A stretch of DNA of 64,000 nucleotides, taken from Mobula birostris. Taxonomy: Eukaryota. Under the pieces are notes generated by a model, which was given only the letters and a program-made list of their open reading frames with translations, made no database searches and was not told where the DNA came from. How positions within the stretch are numbered: the first letter of the stretch is position 1; each line of letters begins with the position of its first letter. Below, in pieces: positions 13,850 to 28,036 of this stretch. The stretch is from assembly GCF_030028105.1 (NCBI RefSeq), contig NC_092379.1:20623309-20687308 (forward strand). The letters are read 5' to 3'. The position numbers and the translations under genes were made by a program.

Positions 13850-15240
13850 TAAGTGCAGTATCAGAAAAAAATCCACTTCACTCTAACGTCCGCTCTCCAC
13901 GATGACCAAGAGACCATGGGACGCTGCTTGATCTCCCTTAAAATTTGCTTGTCAGAAATAAACAATTCCCCTGGGGTCACGTAGGGGATGGGGAGTTTGG
14001 AAAGAACGATGTGCATGAGAGGATCTGTGTAGATCAGGATGAGAGAGAAAAGGGGACAGAGGAGGAGAAGTTGACCTGAAATTGGAGAATTCAACATTGG
14101 GAAATCGGACTGTAGGTTACTCAAGTGGAATATGAGATTCTATTCCTCTGGCTTGCTTTAGCCTCACTGTTGCACTGAATGATGCCAAGACCAGATGGCT
14201 TGGTGTGGCAATGGGGAGAGGAATTAAAATGGCTGCAAGTGGGAGCTGTCGATGGCCATTGTGTCTGGAGTGCAGGTGTTTGTTAAAGTGGTTCCCTAGT
14301 GGGCCCTTGGGTCACCTTGAGAGCACTGAATGCGATAGTCAACAATGGATGGGGTGCCTGGAAATCTGAGCCTCACTGGAAAGACTGTTTAAGTCATTGA
14401 ATGGTGGTGAGGAGGGGTAGGGACAGGTGTTACACTATCACCAATTGCAGGGGAAATGTCTGGTGAGGGTGAGTTATCAACAAACCATTGAATCACAGAG
14501 AGGGTGGTTGAGGCAAGTTCAATGTTGTTGTTTAAAGTTAAATTGGATAGATATGTGGACAGAAAAGGAATGGAGGGTTATGGGCTGAGTGCAGGTTGGT
14601 GGGACTAGGTGAGAGTAAGAGATCGGCATGGACTTGAAGGGCCAAGATGGCCTGTTTCCATGCTGTAATTGTTATAGTAGTGATTGTTATATGGTTATAT
14701 AGGGTGGTCCCCGTGGAGTGTAAGTAGGTGGGGAGGGGAAAGATATGACTAATGGTGGGATCACATTGCAACTGCTGGAAATGTGTAGAATGAATTGCTG
14801 GAGGTGAAGCCTGGTGGGATGAAATGTGAGGAAACTCTCTCCCTGTTCTGTCTGAGGGAGATGGATTCAGTGCAGAACTGCTGGAAATGGAGGAGATGTG
14901 GGTCAGGTCTCTATCAACCACAGCATGAGAGTGAGCTGAAAGCTGCTGCTCTTTCTGAAAAGGCGACATTTCAGATGTCCTGAAGAACAGATACTGCAGA
15001 GATAGTAAAACTGAGAGAAAGGAATGGCATCCATACATGAAAGAAATTGATCAGAAGTGTCGTACTGGTGGTTATGGGATTTAATCATTTTGTAGTAATT
15101 GTAAATGGACCAAGAAAGGGGAAGTTGGTGTCGGAAATAGTCCAAGTGAATCTGAGGTTTTTGAGGGAAATGGGTAATCTACATCTTGGATGAAGGCTTT
15201 TCACCCGAACTGAGAGTGGAACAGAGATCACCAGTATAAA
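13850..15240 (-). mobile_element. Penelope-like element fragment (RT/GIY-YIG region)
   Basis: HFQQLQCDPTISHIFP motif. It is homologous to the + strand element at 43370-46190. Confidence 0.7.
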
Positions 15241-16289
15241 GAGGTGAGAGAGAGGGCTGGGACCAGAGCTAGTTATCTTTGGATCTCCTTTAGTGAAGAG
15301 AGATCCCAGATGTCTGCAAAATTGCTAATGTTTTTCTTTGTACAAGGGCAATCTGTTTCTCTGGATCACTTACCCATACTCTCTATCACCATTGCAAAGT
15401 CAGTGCTACAGTGCCTCAAAAAATTTATTCACAGCAATTTCAAGCTAACTGGAAAAACATCCAACAGTGAACTGTTAACTTCAGCCTAATGAACACAGAG
15501 ACACTGTGTTCAAAGCCACCCACTGGTGAGGGGTTAACGTACACACATTGAAGGATTGGTCCAGGTACGTTGTGAAAGTCTGCAGTACCCCAGCAAGTTG
15601 CACAGAATCCCCTCACTTCACCTGATGGAGAGTGTCCTGAGGAGGAAGTCAAGAACTCCAAAGCTCTCAGGGAATGGAGGAATATAACCGGTTTGCAATC
15701 CTGAAAAATCAATAAGCAATACACACAAAATGTTGGATAAACTCAGCAGGTCAGGTCCATTGATGCTGCCAGGTACTCACTACTCTCGGTGTTAAGCTAA
15801 CTCTCAGATCTCTTTTTAACCTCTGCCCTCTTATCTTCTATTAGTACCCTCCCGTGTTGGACTCCCAACCCTGAGGAAAAGCCTAGGACCATCCACCATT
15901 CCATACCCCTCATGATTTTACAAACTTCTGAGGTTGTTCCACATTTTCCTCTGCTCCAGATAATAAAGAACCAGCATGGCTTACCTCGCCCTATAACTCA
16001 GGCCCTGTAGTCCAGGCAGCATCCTTGTACATCTCTTCTGTACCATTTCCAGCTTGTCAATGTCTTTCCTATATCAGAGTGACCAAAACTGTACACAATA
16101 CTCTGAGTGTGGCCTCATCAACAATTTACATAACTGCCGCATAATCTCCCTGACTGATGAAGGCCAGCATGGTAAATGCCTTCTTCACCACCTTGTCATC
16201 TCCTCACACACTCCATCAGCACAGTTACACCACAAGATTGTGTGCTTAGCCCCCTGCTCCACTCGCTTTATACTCAGCATAACTTCAAT

Positions 16290-17210
16290 GCCATATTTAT
16301 GTTTACTGATGACACCTCTGTCGTAGGCTGAATCAAAAGTGGTGACAAATCAACAGATAGGAGAGAGATTGAAAATCTGTCTGAGTGGTGCAACAACAAC
16401 CTATCACTCCATGTCAACAAGATCAAGGAGAGGATTTGACTTCAGGAGGAGGAAACCAGACGTCCAAGAGTCCTCATCAGTGGATCAGAGGTGGAGAGGT
16501 TCAGCAACTTTAAATTCCTCAGTGTAAGTGTCATTATGAAGAAGGCACGATAGTGCCTCTACTTTCTCACCAGTTTGCAAAGATATGGCATGACATCGAA
16601 GACATTGACAAATTTCTATAGTTGTGTGGTGGAGAGTATATCGACTGGTTGCATTATGGCCTGGTATGGAAACACCAATCCCGTTGAATGGAAAAGCCCA
16701 GTCCATTATGGGTAAAGCCCTCCCTACCATTGAGCACATACACAAAGAGTGCTGTCACAGGAAAGCAGCCTCCATCATTGAGGACCCACACCATCCAGAC
16801 AATGTTCTCTTCTCAGAAAAAAGGAGCAGGAGCCTCAGGATCTGCATCACCAGGTTCAGGAATAGTTATTAACACTCAACCATAGACTCTTGAATCAGAG
16901 GGGTATCTTCACTTAACTTCTCCAGTCCTATCACTGAACGGTTCCCTAAACTTTGGACTGACTTTCAAGGACTCTTATGTTCTCAATATTTATTCTTTAT
17001 TTATTATTACATTTTTTATTTATTATTTCTTTTTTTTCTCCTTTCGGTATTTGCACACTTGTTGTCTTTTGCACATTGGTTGTTCATCTGTCCTGTTGGA
17101 TTCAGTCTTTCATGGATTATGTTTTGTTTCTTGTATTTACAGTGATTGTCTGCAAGAAAATAAATCTTTGGATGTTAATTGTGACATGTATGTATGTACT
17201 TTGATGATAC
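16290..17210 (+). mobile_element. Rex1/Babar-type LINE 3' fragment
   Basis: Degenerate FTDDT.VVG...WCNNNLSLHVNKIKE...DFRR and a long T-rich 3' UTR. Confidence 0.8.
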
Positions 17211-17990
17211 ATTTACTTTGAAATTTGAACTTGTGTGGCTGATTTCAGTGAACTGTGTACTAGGACTTTCAGGTCCCTCTGTTCTACAATACTCATCAGT
17301 GCCCTGCCATTTACTGTACAAGACCTTCCCTGTTTGACTGTCAAAAAATGCATCACCTCACATTGATATAAATTGCTATTCCTTAGCCCTTGTCTCAAAC
17401 AGATCAAGATCTTTTTGCAAAGTAACCTGCTTCACTATCAACAAGACCCCCTCATTTAGTATCATCAGCAAACTTGAATTGTGCCTTGTACATTGGCATT
17501 CCAAATAATTTGCACAAATCATAAATATCAGAGGTACCAACATTGACCCCTTGTAACCACGAATCACAGTCCACCAGTCAAAGAATCGATCTTCAACCAC
17601 CACCCCTCTGCTTTATATCATCATTAAACACACAGGCGAGCGTGATGGTCTTTCAAAAGATGCAGTCTCTCTATAGTCAACCTTTTACTGTTAAGGTAGC
17701 TGATGAACCTTGGTATCAACCTTGCCTGCCAGATTCATCTCATAGCCTCTTTTTGCCCTCATGTTTTCCCTCTTAAGCCTGGTCTTAAACTTTTTACATT
17801 CATCAAGGGATTCATTCACCCACAGCTGCCTAAACACATTGTACACTTCCTTTTTTATCTTTACTGGAGCATTGATATCTTTTGTCAGCCAGGGTTTCCT
17901 GAATTGGGTACGTCTACCATTCACACTAACAGGAACATGTTGCCATCTGGACTCTTGATATCACCCTTTTAAAATCTCCCACTTGCCAAC
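17210..17990 (-). mobile_element. CR1 LINE fragments
   Basis: RKPWLTKDINA...; degenerate QGSVLGPL / KFADD sequence. Confidence 0.65.
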
Positions 17991-18789
17991 TATTCCTTTG
18001 TCTTCATTTAAATGGAGTCAGCCTTACTTGACCCACCTTTTGCCTAAGAGGAGGTTCAGTAGGACTCCTTCCCAATAGGTTCTTGGACACCTCACACAAA
18101 TTGGACCCCATCCAGGCCCTTTGCACTCCGGATGACCCAGGTGACACCAGGATATTTGACATTTCCTTTGAGCACCACCCTACTATTTTCACAATTATGT
18201 GTAATTTCTCCACACGTCTCTGCTCCTTGGGTTTCCACTGACTGCTGGGGGATTTCTGATTAGCAAGACCAAGGTGACCATCCACTTCTTATTTCTAAGT
18301 TCTACCCAAATTCCCTCGTTAAATTATCCCTCAAGAATGTTCATTCTAAGCACTGCTGTTATGTCATCTGTTATCAAAGGACAACACCCTCTCCAGTCTT
18401 ATCTGTTTCTTCGTCATGTCAAAAGCATCAGTATCCCTGAACACTGGGGCTGCCCTTCTCTCAACCACGTCTCTGCTCTGACCACAATATTCCAGTCACT
18501 AGGAACAACTCACAATCCTCTCCTTTCATCCATCCTACCTGTTAAGATAACTGTATGGAATGAGATATAATGTAAGTCAGTGGTCTGATCTGAAACTTCA
18601 CTGTAAACATGGCTATCCTGATTGCTGTGTGAACACTCTTTGGATGCTGAATATACCCCTGTCTACTCACTGACCTCACTCTCTTGTGTCCCGCATCCCT
18701 GCCAATCTAGTTTAAACCCTCCCTTGTTGTTACCATATACTACCCTGAGATTCATTTTCTTGAGGCGTCAGGGTAAGTGCAAAGAAACA

Positions 18790-19320
18790 CAATCAAATCA
18801 ATGAAAAACCACACACATGCCAGTCAAGCAACTGATAAAAAAAGACAACAAGCTGCAAAAATTAAATGAAAAAAGAAACAAACAAAATAATAATAATAAA
18901 CAAATAAGCAATAAATATCAAGATCATGAGATGAAGAGTCCTTGAAACTGAGAGCACAGGTTGCAGGAACAGTTCAGTGTTGGGCTGAGTGAAGTTAACT
19001 CATTGGTTCAATGGCCTGATGGTTGAGGGATAATAACTGTTCCTGAACCTAGTGGTGTGGGTCCTGAGGCTCCTGTACCTCCTTCCAAAGAAGAGAACGT
19101 GGCCGGGATGGAGTAAGTCCTTGATGATGGAGCTGTTTTCCCATGACAGCACTCCTTGTAGACATGCTCAATGGTGGGGAGGGCTTTACCCACAATGGAC
19201 CTGGTTGTATCCATTAATTTTTGCAGACTTTCACGTTCAAGGGTATCGGTGTTCCCAAACTAGGCCATAATGGAACCAGTCAGTACTGCCTCCACAGAGC
19301 AACTATAGAAGTCTGACAAT
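18790..19320 (-). mobile_element. Rex1/Babar-type LINE 3' fragment
   Basis: Same family as 16290-17210 (GKALPTIEHVYKECC). Confidence 0.75.
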
Positions 19321-20779
19321 GTTTTTGCAATATTCTGGTTCATATCTTTTACTGTTATGCTGTATGTATTTCACTTTGTGTAGCTCTATAAGAGCTGTTT
19401 GTTTTGTTTTCAGCCTGTTTGGGTTATTGTTGAAGATAAGCAATGATGTGGAATGTATGCCATCCAATTAGCAAGAGGTTTTTCTTGGTGAGGGACAATA
19501 AGGTTGGTCTTAGGCTTTTGTTCGAGAGGAGATGAAGAGAGAAGATGCTGAGGAGAACTGTTGGTTCAAGATGGATTGTGACTGACGTTTGGAAGGTGGT
19601 GTGTGCTTTCACGTTGACCGAGGACCCAGCACATGAGTGACAGAGAAGTTCAAGATGAACTCCAACTTATGCACATTTGACTGTAAAATTAGAATGGGTC
19701 CTTTTCTTTTTGTTATTCTTTGAGAAGACTTCAATCAAGATTCATAAACATAATTCCTTTAATTGTACACAGTGTCCTGTCTGTTATTTTGTGGCATTAA
19801 TTTGTAACAGGGTAGCAAATGACACAGCATTCATACAAACCGGGGTTTGGGGTGGGATCCAATGCGACTCAATCTCTACAGTTCCTGTAGAGACATGTTC
19901 CTGTATTCATCTGTAGATTTTATCCTTACCTTCCTAAATCATCGCGTGTTATGTGCACTACTGTGATTTATACCCTGGTTCGGAGAAATGTTGTCCCATT
20001 TCAATATACATTATATGGTTATATACACGTTATACACAATAACAATGATAATAAATGACAATAAATTTGACGCGACTTGATGAAGTGAGGTTGAGTCGCT
20101 GGAATGTGAGAACCTGTGGAATATTCAAAGCGAAAGATATGTGTGTCCCAATGTTGTTTTAGTCTCGAACATAGATGTTGATGTTACAACCGGCGTGAGG
20201 GGTTCAGGAGAAAGTCAGCTGAAGGAACAAGGTAACAGGTACACGTTATGGAAGGGCCATCTGGAAGGAAAACCTCTTCTATGTGGGGTTGGATTAGCTG
20301 TGAAAAATGAGATATTTGTCCCAGTGGGCGGTGTTAACAGCGATGTCAATCATGTTGAATGTTAGCCAATAAAGAAACAGCAGCACCTCGGGAACTCCAA
20401 GGAACTGCAAAGTGATAATGACTCAACAGAGACCTCTAGTGGCTTAAGTGATGATGGCAGTAATGAGATATTTGGTCCGGCAGCCATGACAGGACTTGCC
20501 TCAGTAAAAATTCAGAGAGTGAAAACATACAAGACTGATGATAGAAAGGAAATAGGAGGTTTTTCATCAACCACTAGATCCCCAAAAAATGATGAATGAG
20601 CGAAGAAAGCTGTTGGGCTGAACTTCAATGAATTAAGAATATATCCAGATTGCATCCAGATGTGGGCATTCAAATATTAGTTACTATGCTATTAACTCAG
20701 CAAATAAACCAAACTCTATAAATAGTTTAGAGATGTAGAGCATGCCAGAAAACAAACCCCAGATTAACAAAGAAGCTAA

Positions 20780-22082
20780 CTCCACTAAGTACTCTTGCCC
20801 CTTCCAGTCCATTTTTACATCTACTGGTGGACTACATTACTTTACCGAAGTGCAAAGAGATTTGAAATGTGTCAGTAATAATGGGCACATTTTCAAGATG
20901 GGTGAAGCCATCCCAACAAGAAAAGCTCCTGCCACACACACAGCCAAAACTCTGACTAAGGACTATAATCCTAGATGGGGAATGTCATGCCACATTGACT
21001 CTGACCAAGGAACACATTTCACTGGAAACGTTTGTCAAGAACGGCATCATCAAACAACGGCTGACTAAGTATGAGGAGGAAGTCGTACCTGGGCCGACAG
21101 CTATTCCTTTGCTTTTATGCAGCATCAGGGCAACTCTAAATAAGAACACAAAACTGAGTCCAAATAACGGGGTGCCCTATGTCACTGCTGGGTGCACTCG
21201 ATCTGAGAGAGGCTAATATACATTTTTTTGTCAGATAGTTTAGTTGACTGCTGTTCAAAACCAACACAAGCCATACGGTCTGCTTCTCAACAGCTTTCTG
21301 TTGGTTGTAGCGGTGCATCCGAATGAGGTCACACTTTGATTCCTGCCGAGTGGGTCCTGGTCAAAGAACCTTATAAGGAACCCCTGGCAGCGTGATTAGA
21401 AGGTCCTTACCAAGTAATGTTAATTACTAATTCAGCAGCTAACGTAGAAGTCAAATGTAAGTGGATGCACGCCAACCACTGCAAATGAGTTGAAGTATCT
21501 CCAGATTAAAACCAATACTGTGGGAAGACTTCAAGCGCAAATACAACTATTGGACATTATGACTATGAATCTATATTTTTTGCGTTTGTTTAAAAGCGAT
21601 TACTCTGAATTTTCAGACGTGATTCTGCCAGAGTCAAAAGGGGGGACTGCAGGAAACCAGTATTTTTATAACATTTTTTATAAAGTTTGTACTCTTAAAT
21701 GAAGTCATGCATTTGTCACAGTGCGTGGTGGTTCATCCCCACTCACTGGCACAAAGCGGTATAGCAGTTACAGTAACGGTTTATCACCTTTCTCATTTTT
21801 CATTGGCTATTAGCACATTACCCACGTGATGTGTTTTTTTCATAATCTAGTTCATGAGCTGGTTTATTCTGTATTTAAGGAATTTGTTTATCTTGTGCAT
21901 AAAAGTGAGTGTTTATTTTCAGAATCGCAATCTTGGCTTCTTCGATACAACTCTTCGCATCGTTTCACAGCTCGTTATCTAATTTGCTTCCAATCTGTAT
22001 GTTGTTTATATTCTAAAATAAACTGAACTATTGGGATTAAGACTGCTCGTCTTTTTTGACTCCCAGATGAACCCTAAATTTC
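20780..22082 (+). mobile_element. Second ERV remnant: integrase, polypurine tract and 3' LTR (21648-22082)
   Basis: Integrase core EAIPTRKA...RWG...HIDSDQGTHFTG and PPT AAAAGGGGGGAC at 21636-21647. The LTR runs TG...CA with AATAAA near 22017. Confidence 0.75.
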
Positions 22083-24112
22083 AGAAAATAAACAGAGATG
22101 CAATACTCTCTACCACAGACTGTTCGGTAATAAACAATTGTCTCACGACCCTATGGCTGGAAAAGGGAACCTGCTTGTTCCTAACACCACAATCAGTGCG
22201 CTGAAATCTGTAGGTGGTGTGGCGGCCCGGACACGCGGGACTCGAACCGCCATCGGGAGCCGCGGGCAGAGACGCGGCAGCGCGTTTGGAACTACCCGCT
22301 CGGGGCGGACCTTCCGGGGACAGTCTGACGTCACGTCCGCCCCGCAGGTCACAGGGGCCCAAGGGAGGGGAGATTTAAGCGCGCGATTTTGAATCAGTAA
22401 AGGCATTCTGAGTTCAGCTCTCTCTGCCTCCGTGTGTTTCCTTAGCAGCGCGTTTGCGCCCGACTGCAGTGGTGTCCCCGACGCTGGCCAGTGTAGGGGG
22501 CATTGGTTAATGCCTCAGGATACTTCAATCCTGGTCCTTGGCAAACTTTTGCAAATGTCTTTTTAAGTATCCCGTTCATGTGTTATACCAATCCGGATGA
22601 CTGGGGTTGATACAGAATATGCATTTGTCAATTGAACACCAACGCCTGGCTAAGCGCATAGTGATTTGAGCTGTGAAGTGAGTTTCCCTGTCACTATTGA
22701 TATTAGTGGGGACTCCAGCCCTTCGGATTGTGTCTCCCATGAGACACTTTACCACAGTGCGAGCGTCATCCCTCTTAGCAACAAACGCTTCGATCCACTT
22801 CGAAAACATATCCACAACCACCAGCACATGCTTGTGTCTGTTTTGTGCAGACGTATGCACATAATGAATTTCTAAACCAGTGAAGGGTCTCTCAGGTGTT
22901 GGTAAATGATCAAACTTTGCCGGTGCGCCACCGTAGCGAGGGCACGCAGGAATCCCTCAGGACATACAACACGTCCATCTGGGTGAGACAACAAGCCAGA
23001 CTCTGTCTGTGTGCAGCCATGGGAAATCCACGGGCGGATGCTTGTGCTGCACAAGCGGAAGGTTGAGTGAATACTGATGCTGCGGGTCATAACTAACCAC
23101 AGAGGCCTGGGATATTGCAGCTTGTTTAGCAGCAGCGTCGGCCGCGGCATCACCGCTGGAGAGTTCATCTTTTCCCTTCACACTTGGCAATTGCCAGTTG
23201 TAAAGGCAATAGAATAGCTTGGAGTAAATTAATAATTAATTGAAAATATTCAACAGGTTTATCTGAAGATATGATAAATCACTTTGTTGTCAAAATCACG
23301 TGTCACTCCAAAAATATAGAGAATCAGCATCCCTGTTGCACGGGTTGGGGCGAACAATACAGCTGCCTGTGTTGAAGTACCAGACGGGAATGCATAATCC
23401 TCTCGTCTCTCAAAAGAAGAAACAATAGCATCTCCAGAAAGCATCTGTGTATCCGATGGGCGAATAGAAGATCCATCAGTAAACAGAATTAGGTCTGGAT
23501 TATCAAGAGGAGTTCTGAGCAGGACAGGACGAGGAGATGTGGTGGTTTCCACCATCGCTACACAATCATGTAAAGGTGTGTTATCCTCAAACTCGTGTAA
23601 TGGAAGAAGAGAAACGAGGTTTAGTGCAGGGTCACTGTGGCAAGAAAGGTTGAGTTTAGGGAGCAACGTGACCGCATAACTTGTACACCTTACTGCTGTA
23701 AAATGCTTCGGGGCTGCTGAATTTAAAAGACGCAAAATGCACGGGGAGCCAAAACTGTACAAAGGTTATCCAATACTATCGCATTGGGCTTTTCTTCCAT
23801 AACTGCAGTGGCGGCGACAGACCTTAAACGACCAGGCAAGCCCCTTACAACTAGCGGTAATTGTACAGAACAATATGCAAAGGGTCATCCAGGTTGCTGC
23901 GTTAAAATGCCGCCCGCAAACCCTTGGTGTTCATGAACAAATAATTGGACAAGAGCTGAAGAGTCAGTTATGCCCAAGGCTGGGGCAGTTGATAAAGCTG
24001 CTTTAAGAGCATTAAAGGCTGCGTACATTTCCTGAGTCCATTGTATTTCGGCAGGCAAGTCAGGTCAGGAGGTTGGCGAACAGGAGCATCCATTATTCGA
24101 TATTCGGGAATC

Positions 24113-25712
24113 CAATGTCTACAATAAGACTAGATGGGATAGAGTTTTTCAAAGGTGTTCAAGAAAGTTTTCTTCATCTGTACTTAGAAGTCCCAACAAG
24201 AGAGTGTGCGATACTGGATCTGCTATTAGGGAATGAGACAGGGCAGGTGACAGAAGTTTGTGTAGGGGAACACTTTGCATCCAATGACCACAATGCCATT
24301 AGTTTCAACGTAGATATGCAAAAATATACGTCTTGTCCGTGGATTGAGAGTCTAAATTGGAGAAGGGTCAATTTTAATGGTATCAGAAATGATCTGGCAA
24401 TTGTGGGTTCGGACAGGCTCTTTTCTTGCAAAGATGTACTTGGTAAGTGGGAGGCTTCCAAAAGCGAAATATTGAGAGTACAAAGCTTGTATGTGCTTAT
24501 CATAATAAAACGTAACGATAACAACTGCAGGGAACCTTGGTTTTCAAGAGATATTGAGGCCCTCGTTAAGAGAAAAAAGGAGGTGAATCGCAGGTAGAGG
24601 CAGATAGGAACAAATGGGGTGCTTATGGAGTATAAGAAATACAAGGGAACACTTAAGAGATAAATCAGGAGTGCTAAAAGAAGGCATGAAGTTGTTCTAC
24701 CAGACAAAGTCAAGGAGAGTTTCAAGGGCTTCAATAGGTATGTTAAGAGCTAAAGAATTACAAAGGACAAACTTGGTTCTCTGGAAGATCAGAATTGTAA
24801 TCCATGTGTGGAGCCAGAAATAATAGGGGAGATATTATTATTATTATTTTATTATTTGCATTTGTATTTACTCAGGAGATGGACACAGAATCTACACAAG
24901 TGAGGCAAAGTGGCATCATGAACCCTGTACAGTTTAAAGAGGAGGAGGTGTTGGCAACCCTGAGGGAAATCAGGGTGGATAGATCCCCAGGGTTTGATAA
25001 GGTGTCTCCTCGGATCTTACAAGTGCAGAAATTGCTGGGGCTCTAGAACAGATATTTAAATTATCCTAGCGACAGGAGAGGTACCAGAGAATTGGAGGAT
25101 AGCTAATGTTGTTCTGCTATTTAAAAATGATCTAAACACAAACTAGGAAATTATAGTCCGGTGAGTCTGATCTCAGTCATGGGAAAGTTATTGGAAAGTT
25201 TTTCTCCTGTCCTGATGAAGGGTCTCGGCCCGAAATGTCGACTGTTTACTCTTTCCTATAGATGCTGCCTGGCCTGCTGAGTTCCTCTAACATTGTGTGT
25301 TGAGTATTGGGGATGGTATGTTATGTTGGTGTTGTATATTATAAGACATAATGAGAGGAGATTTGATAGAGATATATAAAATTGTGAGGAGTATAGATAG
25401 GGTTAATGCAAGCAAGCTTTTCCCACCGAGGGGTTGGGGTGGGACTACAACCAAAGATCACGGCTTAAGTGTGAAAGATGAAACGTTCAAATGGAACATG
25501 AGGGAAAACTTCTTTACTCAGGGGGTCGTGAGAGTGTGGAATGAATTGTCAACACAAGTGGTGCATGCGAGCTCTTCTGCAACGTTTTCGAGAATTAAAT
25601 GGATGGTAGGGGTATGGAGGACTATGGTCCTGGCGCAGGTCGATGGGAGTCGTCAGTTTAAATTGTTTCAGCATTGACTAGATGGGTCGAAGGGCCTGAT
25701 TCTGTGCTGTAA
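24113..25712 (+). mobile_element. Degenerate CR1 LINE inserted in the ERV pol gene
   Basis: Endonuclease end (AILDLLLGNETGQV...SNDHNAISF) and 3' end (MRGDLIEIYKI). ERV pol sequence resumes on both sides. Confidence 0.85.
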
Positions 25713-25821
25713 TTCTGTATGACTCTAATAATTGACCCTTCCCAAAAAGGAAAACATTTCATTTCAGGTAGGGGGAGGTGCTACATTAATAATAGGTAAA
25801 ATTCGTTCTTCGGAAAGTTTT

Positions 25822-26440
25822 AGATTATGAAGACACACAGACCTCTTTTATTGTCATTTAATAATGCATGCATTAACAAATGATACAATATTTCCTCCGG
25901 TGTGATATCACAAAACACAGGAGAGACCAAGGCTGAAAAAACTGAGAAAACCACATAATTATAACATATAGTTACAATAGTGCAACAATACTATAACTCG
26001 ATGAAGAAGTCCATGAGCACAGTAAAAATTTCAAAGTCTCTCAAATGTCCCACACCTCACGCAGACGGGAGAAGGAAGAAATCTCTCCCTGGCATGCCCG
26101 ACCACAATCCGTCTCTGAGTCATCCGAAAACTTCGAGCCTCCGATTCAGCTCTCCAACACCGAGTACTGAGCGCCATCTCTGTCCGAACGATTCGACCTG
26201 CATCTCGGTCGCCAACAGCAGGCAAAACCGGGGAATTTGAGGCCTTCCCTCCGGAAGATTCCCGACCGCGCAGTAACGACAGCAGCGAACGAGCGTTTCA
26301 GAAATGTCTCCAGATGTTCCTCTGTGTTTTCACGTCCGTCTCCGTCAAATCAGAATTGTCCACGGCCCCTATTTCACGGCTACGATATCATTTTTCACCG
26401 GAGGGCTGCGCACGCGCGGCGCGCTGCTCTCTCTCCTCCC
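25822..26440. mobile_element. Unclassified insertion (probably a LINE 3' part) within the ERV RT
   Basis: It interrupts otherwise contiguous retroviral RT coding sequence (KTLSEERILPII on one side, HLHYQG on the other). Confidence 0.5.
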
Positions 26441-28036
26441 GCCGGACTCGTTGCCGGGTTCCCTGATAATGTAGGTGTCCCAAATATTGTACGGTGGGAT
26501 GAAAAAGCTGCAGTTTATTTTGGGATACCTGATGCCCCTTTTCAGCCAGGTGTATGAACAAGGCAACAGTGTCTCTTTCATTATCGACTCGGGTGGGAGA
26601 GTCAGTCAGCTGATCATCGGCATATTGTAAAATTCTACTTTCTCCTGGCAGCCCGAGGACGATTAAATCTTGTCTGACGGCAGCGGCAGATATCGCGGGG
26701 CTCCCGGTATACCCTTAAGCAACTAGGCCCAAGTATACTGTCTACCACTGGCTGTAAGCGAAAGCAATTACTGACTTTCCTTATGTGATGGGATGGAGAA
26801 AAACAGATCAGAACAGAGGTCTTTAACAGAATGACATTCAGATGCGGCAGGAATCCTGAAGAGGATAACGTTAGTATCGGTACTACGGGAGAAAGAGGTA
26901 CAGCTACCTTGTTAATAGCACTTAGGTCTTGTATAGAACGCCGCTCAGTATCACAACCTGCTTTCGGAATTGGTAAGATAGGAGAGAAGAGCATTGGTCT
27001 TCAAACGTACTTTGCATGGCGGGGCAGAATGTACAAGTTCCTCGTGATTTTACACTCGTGGTTGATCAAGACATGAAGGGATGCGGGGTAAGACAGGAGA
27101 CTGGGGCTGAGAGGAAAACTGCATCAGCCATGATGAAATGGTGGAGAGACTCGATGGGCCAAATAGCCTAATTCTACACCTATACCTGATGGTTTTATAA
27201 TTCTTGTGTATCAGCCACAGGGAGGAAGGAACCTGCGAAAGTAACAAGGGTGCGGAATGCTCAGGAAGAGAAGGGGGAGCAAGCAATTCAAACTTTGTTG
27301 TAACGAGGAAAGGGGCAAAGATTATACATCCAGCTTGCGCGGAATAAAGCTGCAAAGGAGCATTAGTATTAGACAGAGCTATACACAGTGTGGCGTTTAA
27401 CTCCTGTAAACTCGTAAGCATTGGTCTGGGTAGTTTAGGAGTCTCAGGGGGTTTGATGGCAATAGTGACATGAGGTGTTGAACTTGGCATTTTAAATCAT
27501 TCTTTCTGTTCCTCACTTATTGACAACGCCGCCGCTATCCCTGCTGGACCGTAATAGATGCGTCAGATGAAAGAAAGATTTTCTGCTCAATTAAGTACGG
27601 AAAGGACCTTTAGATAATAATTCGGCCAAAATATTTCAGTGCATTGGGAGGTGCAATATAAATGCATCAAAGGTTTTCATGTCAGAAGAAGATGTCATAG
27701 GCAGTTTAAGAGTGTCTGTACTGCTAGACAGAGCTGTCCTGCAAGTCTATACCAACAGAAAACTCACGCGTGTCACGGAAACAGGAAATAAATTTATATT
27801 TTCTCCCGGTGTTTATTTTGCGTACAAACAGTAACCTCTCCAAAATCACCATGCTTACGGGTTGCGTCATCAATGGCAAATTTACACTGTCCCCTTAAGC
27901 ATGTTTCCCTGGTAACGTTATCGACGTCACCATCGTTTCATACCTAATCTCCCCCTGTTCCTTTGGGGATTTCTAAAGTACTTTGTTCTGCCTGCTAAAT
28001 CGTTCCGTACACCACTTTCAATACTAGAGAGGGAGT

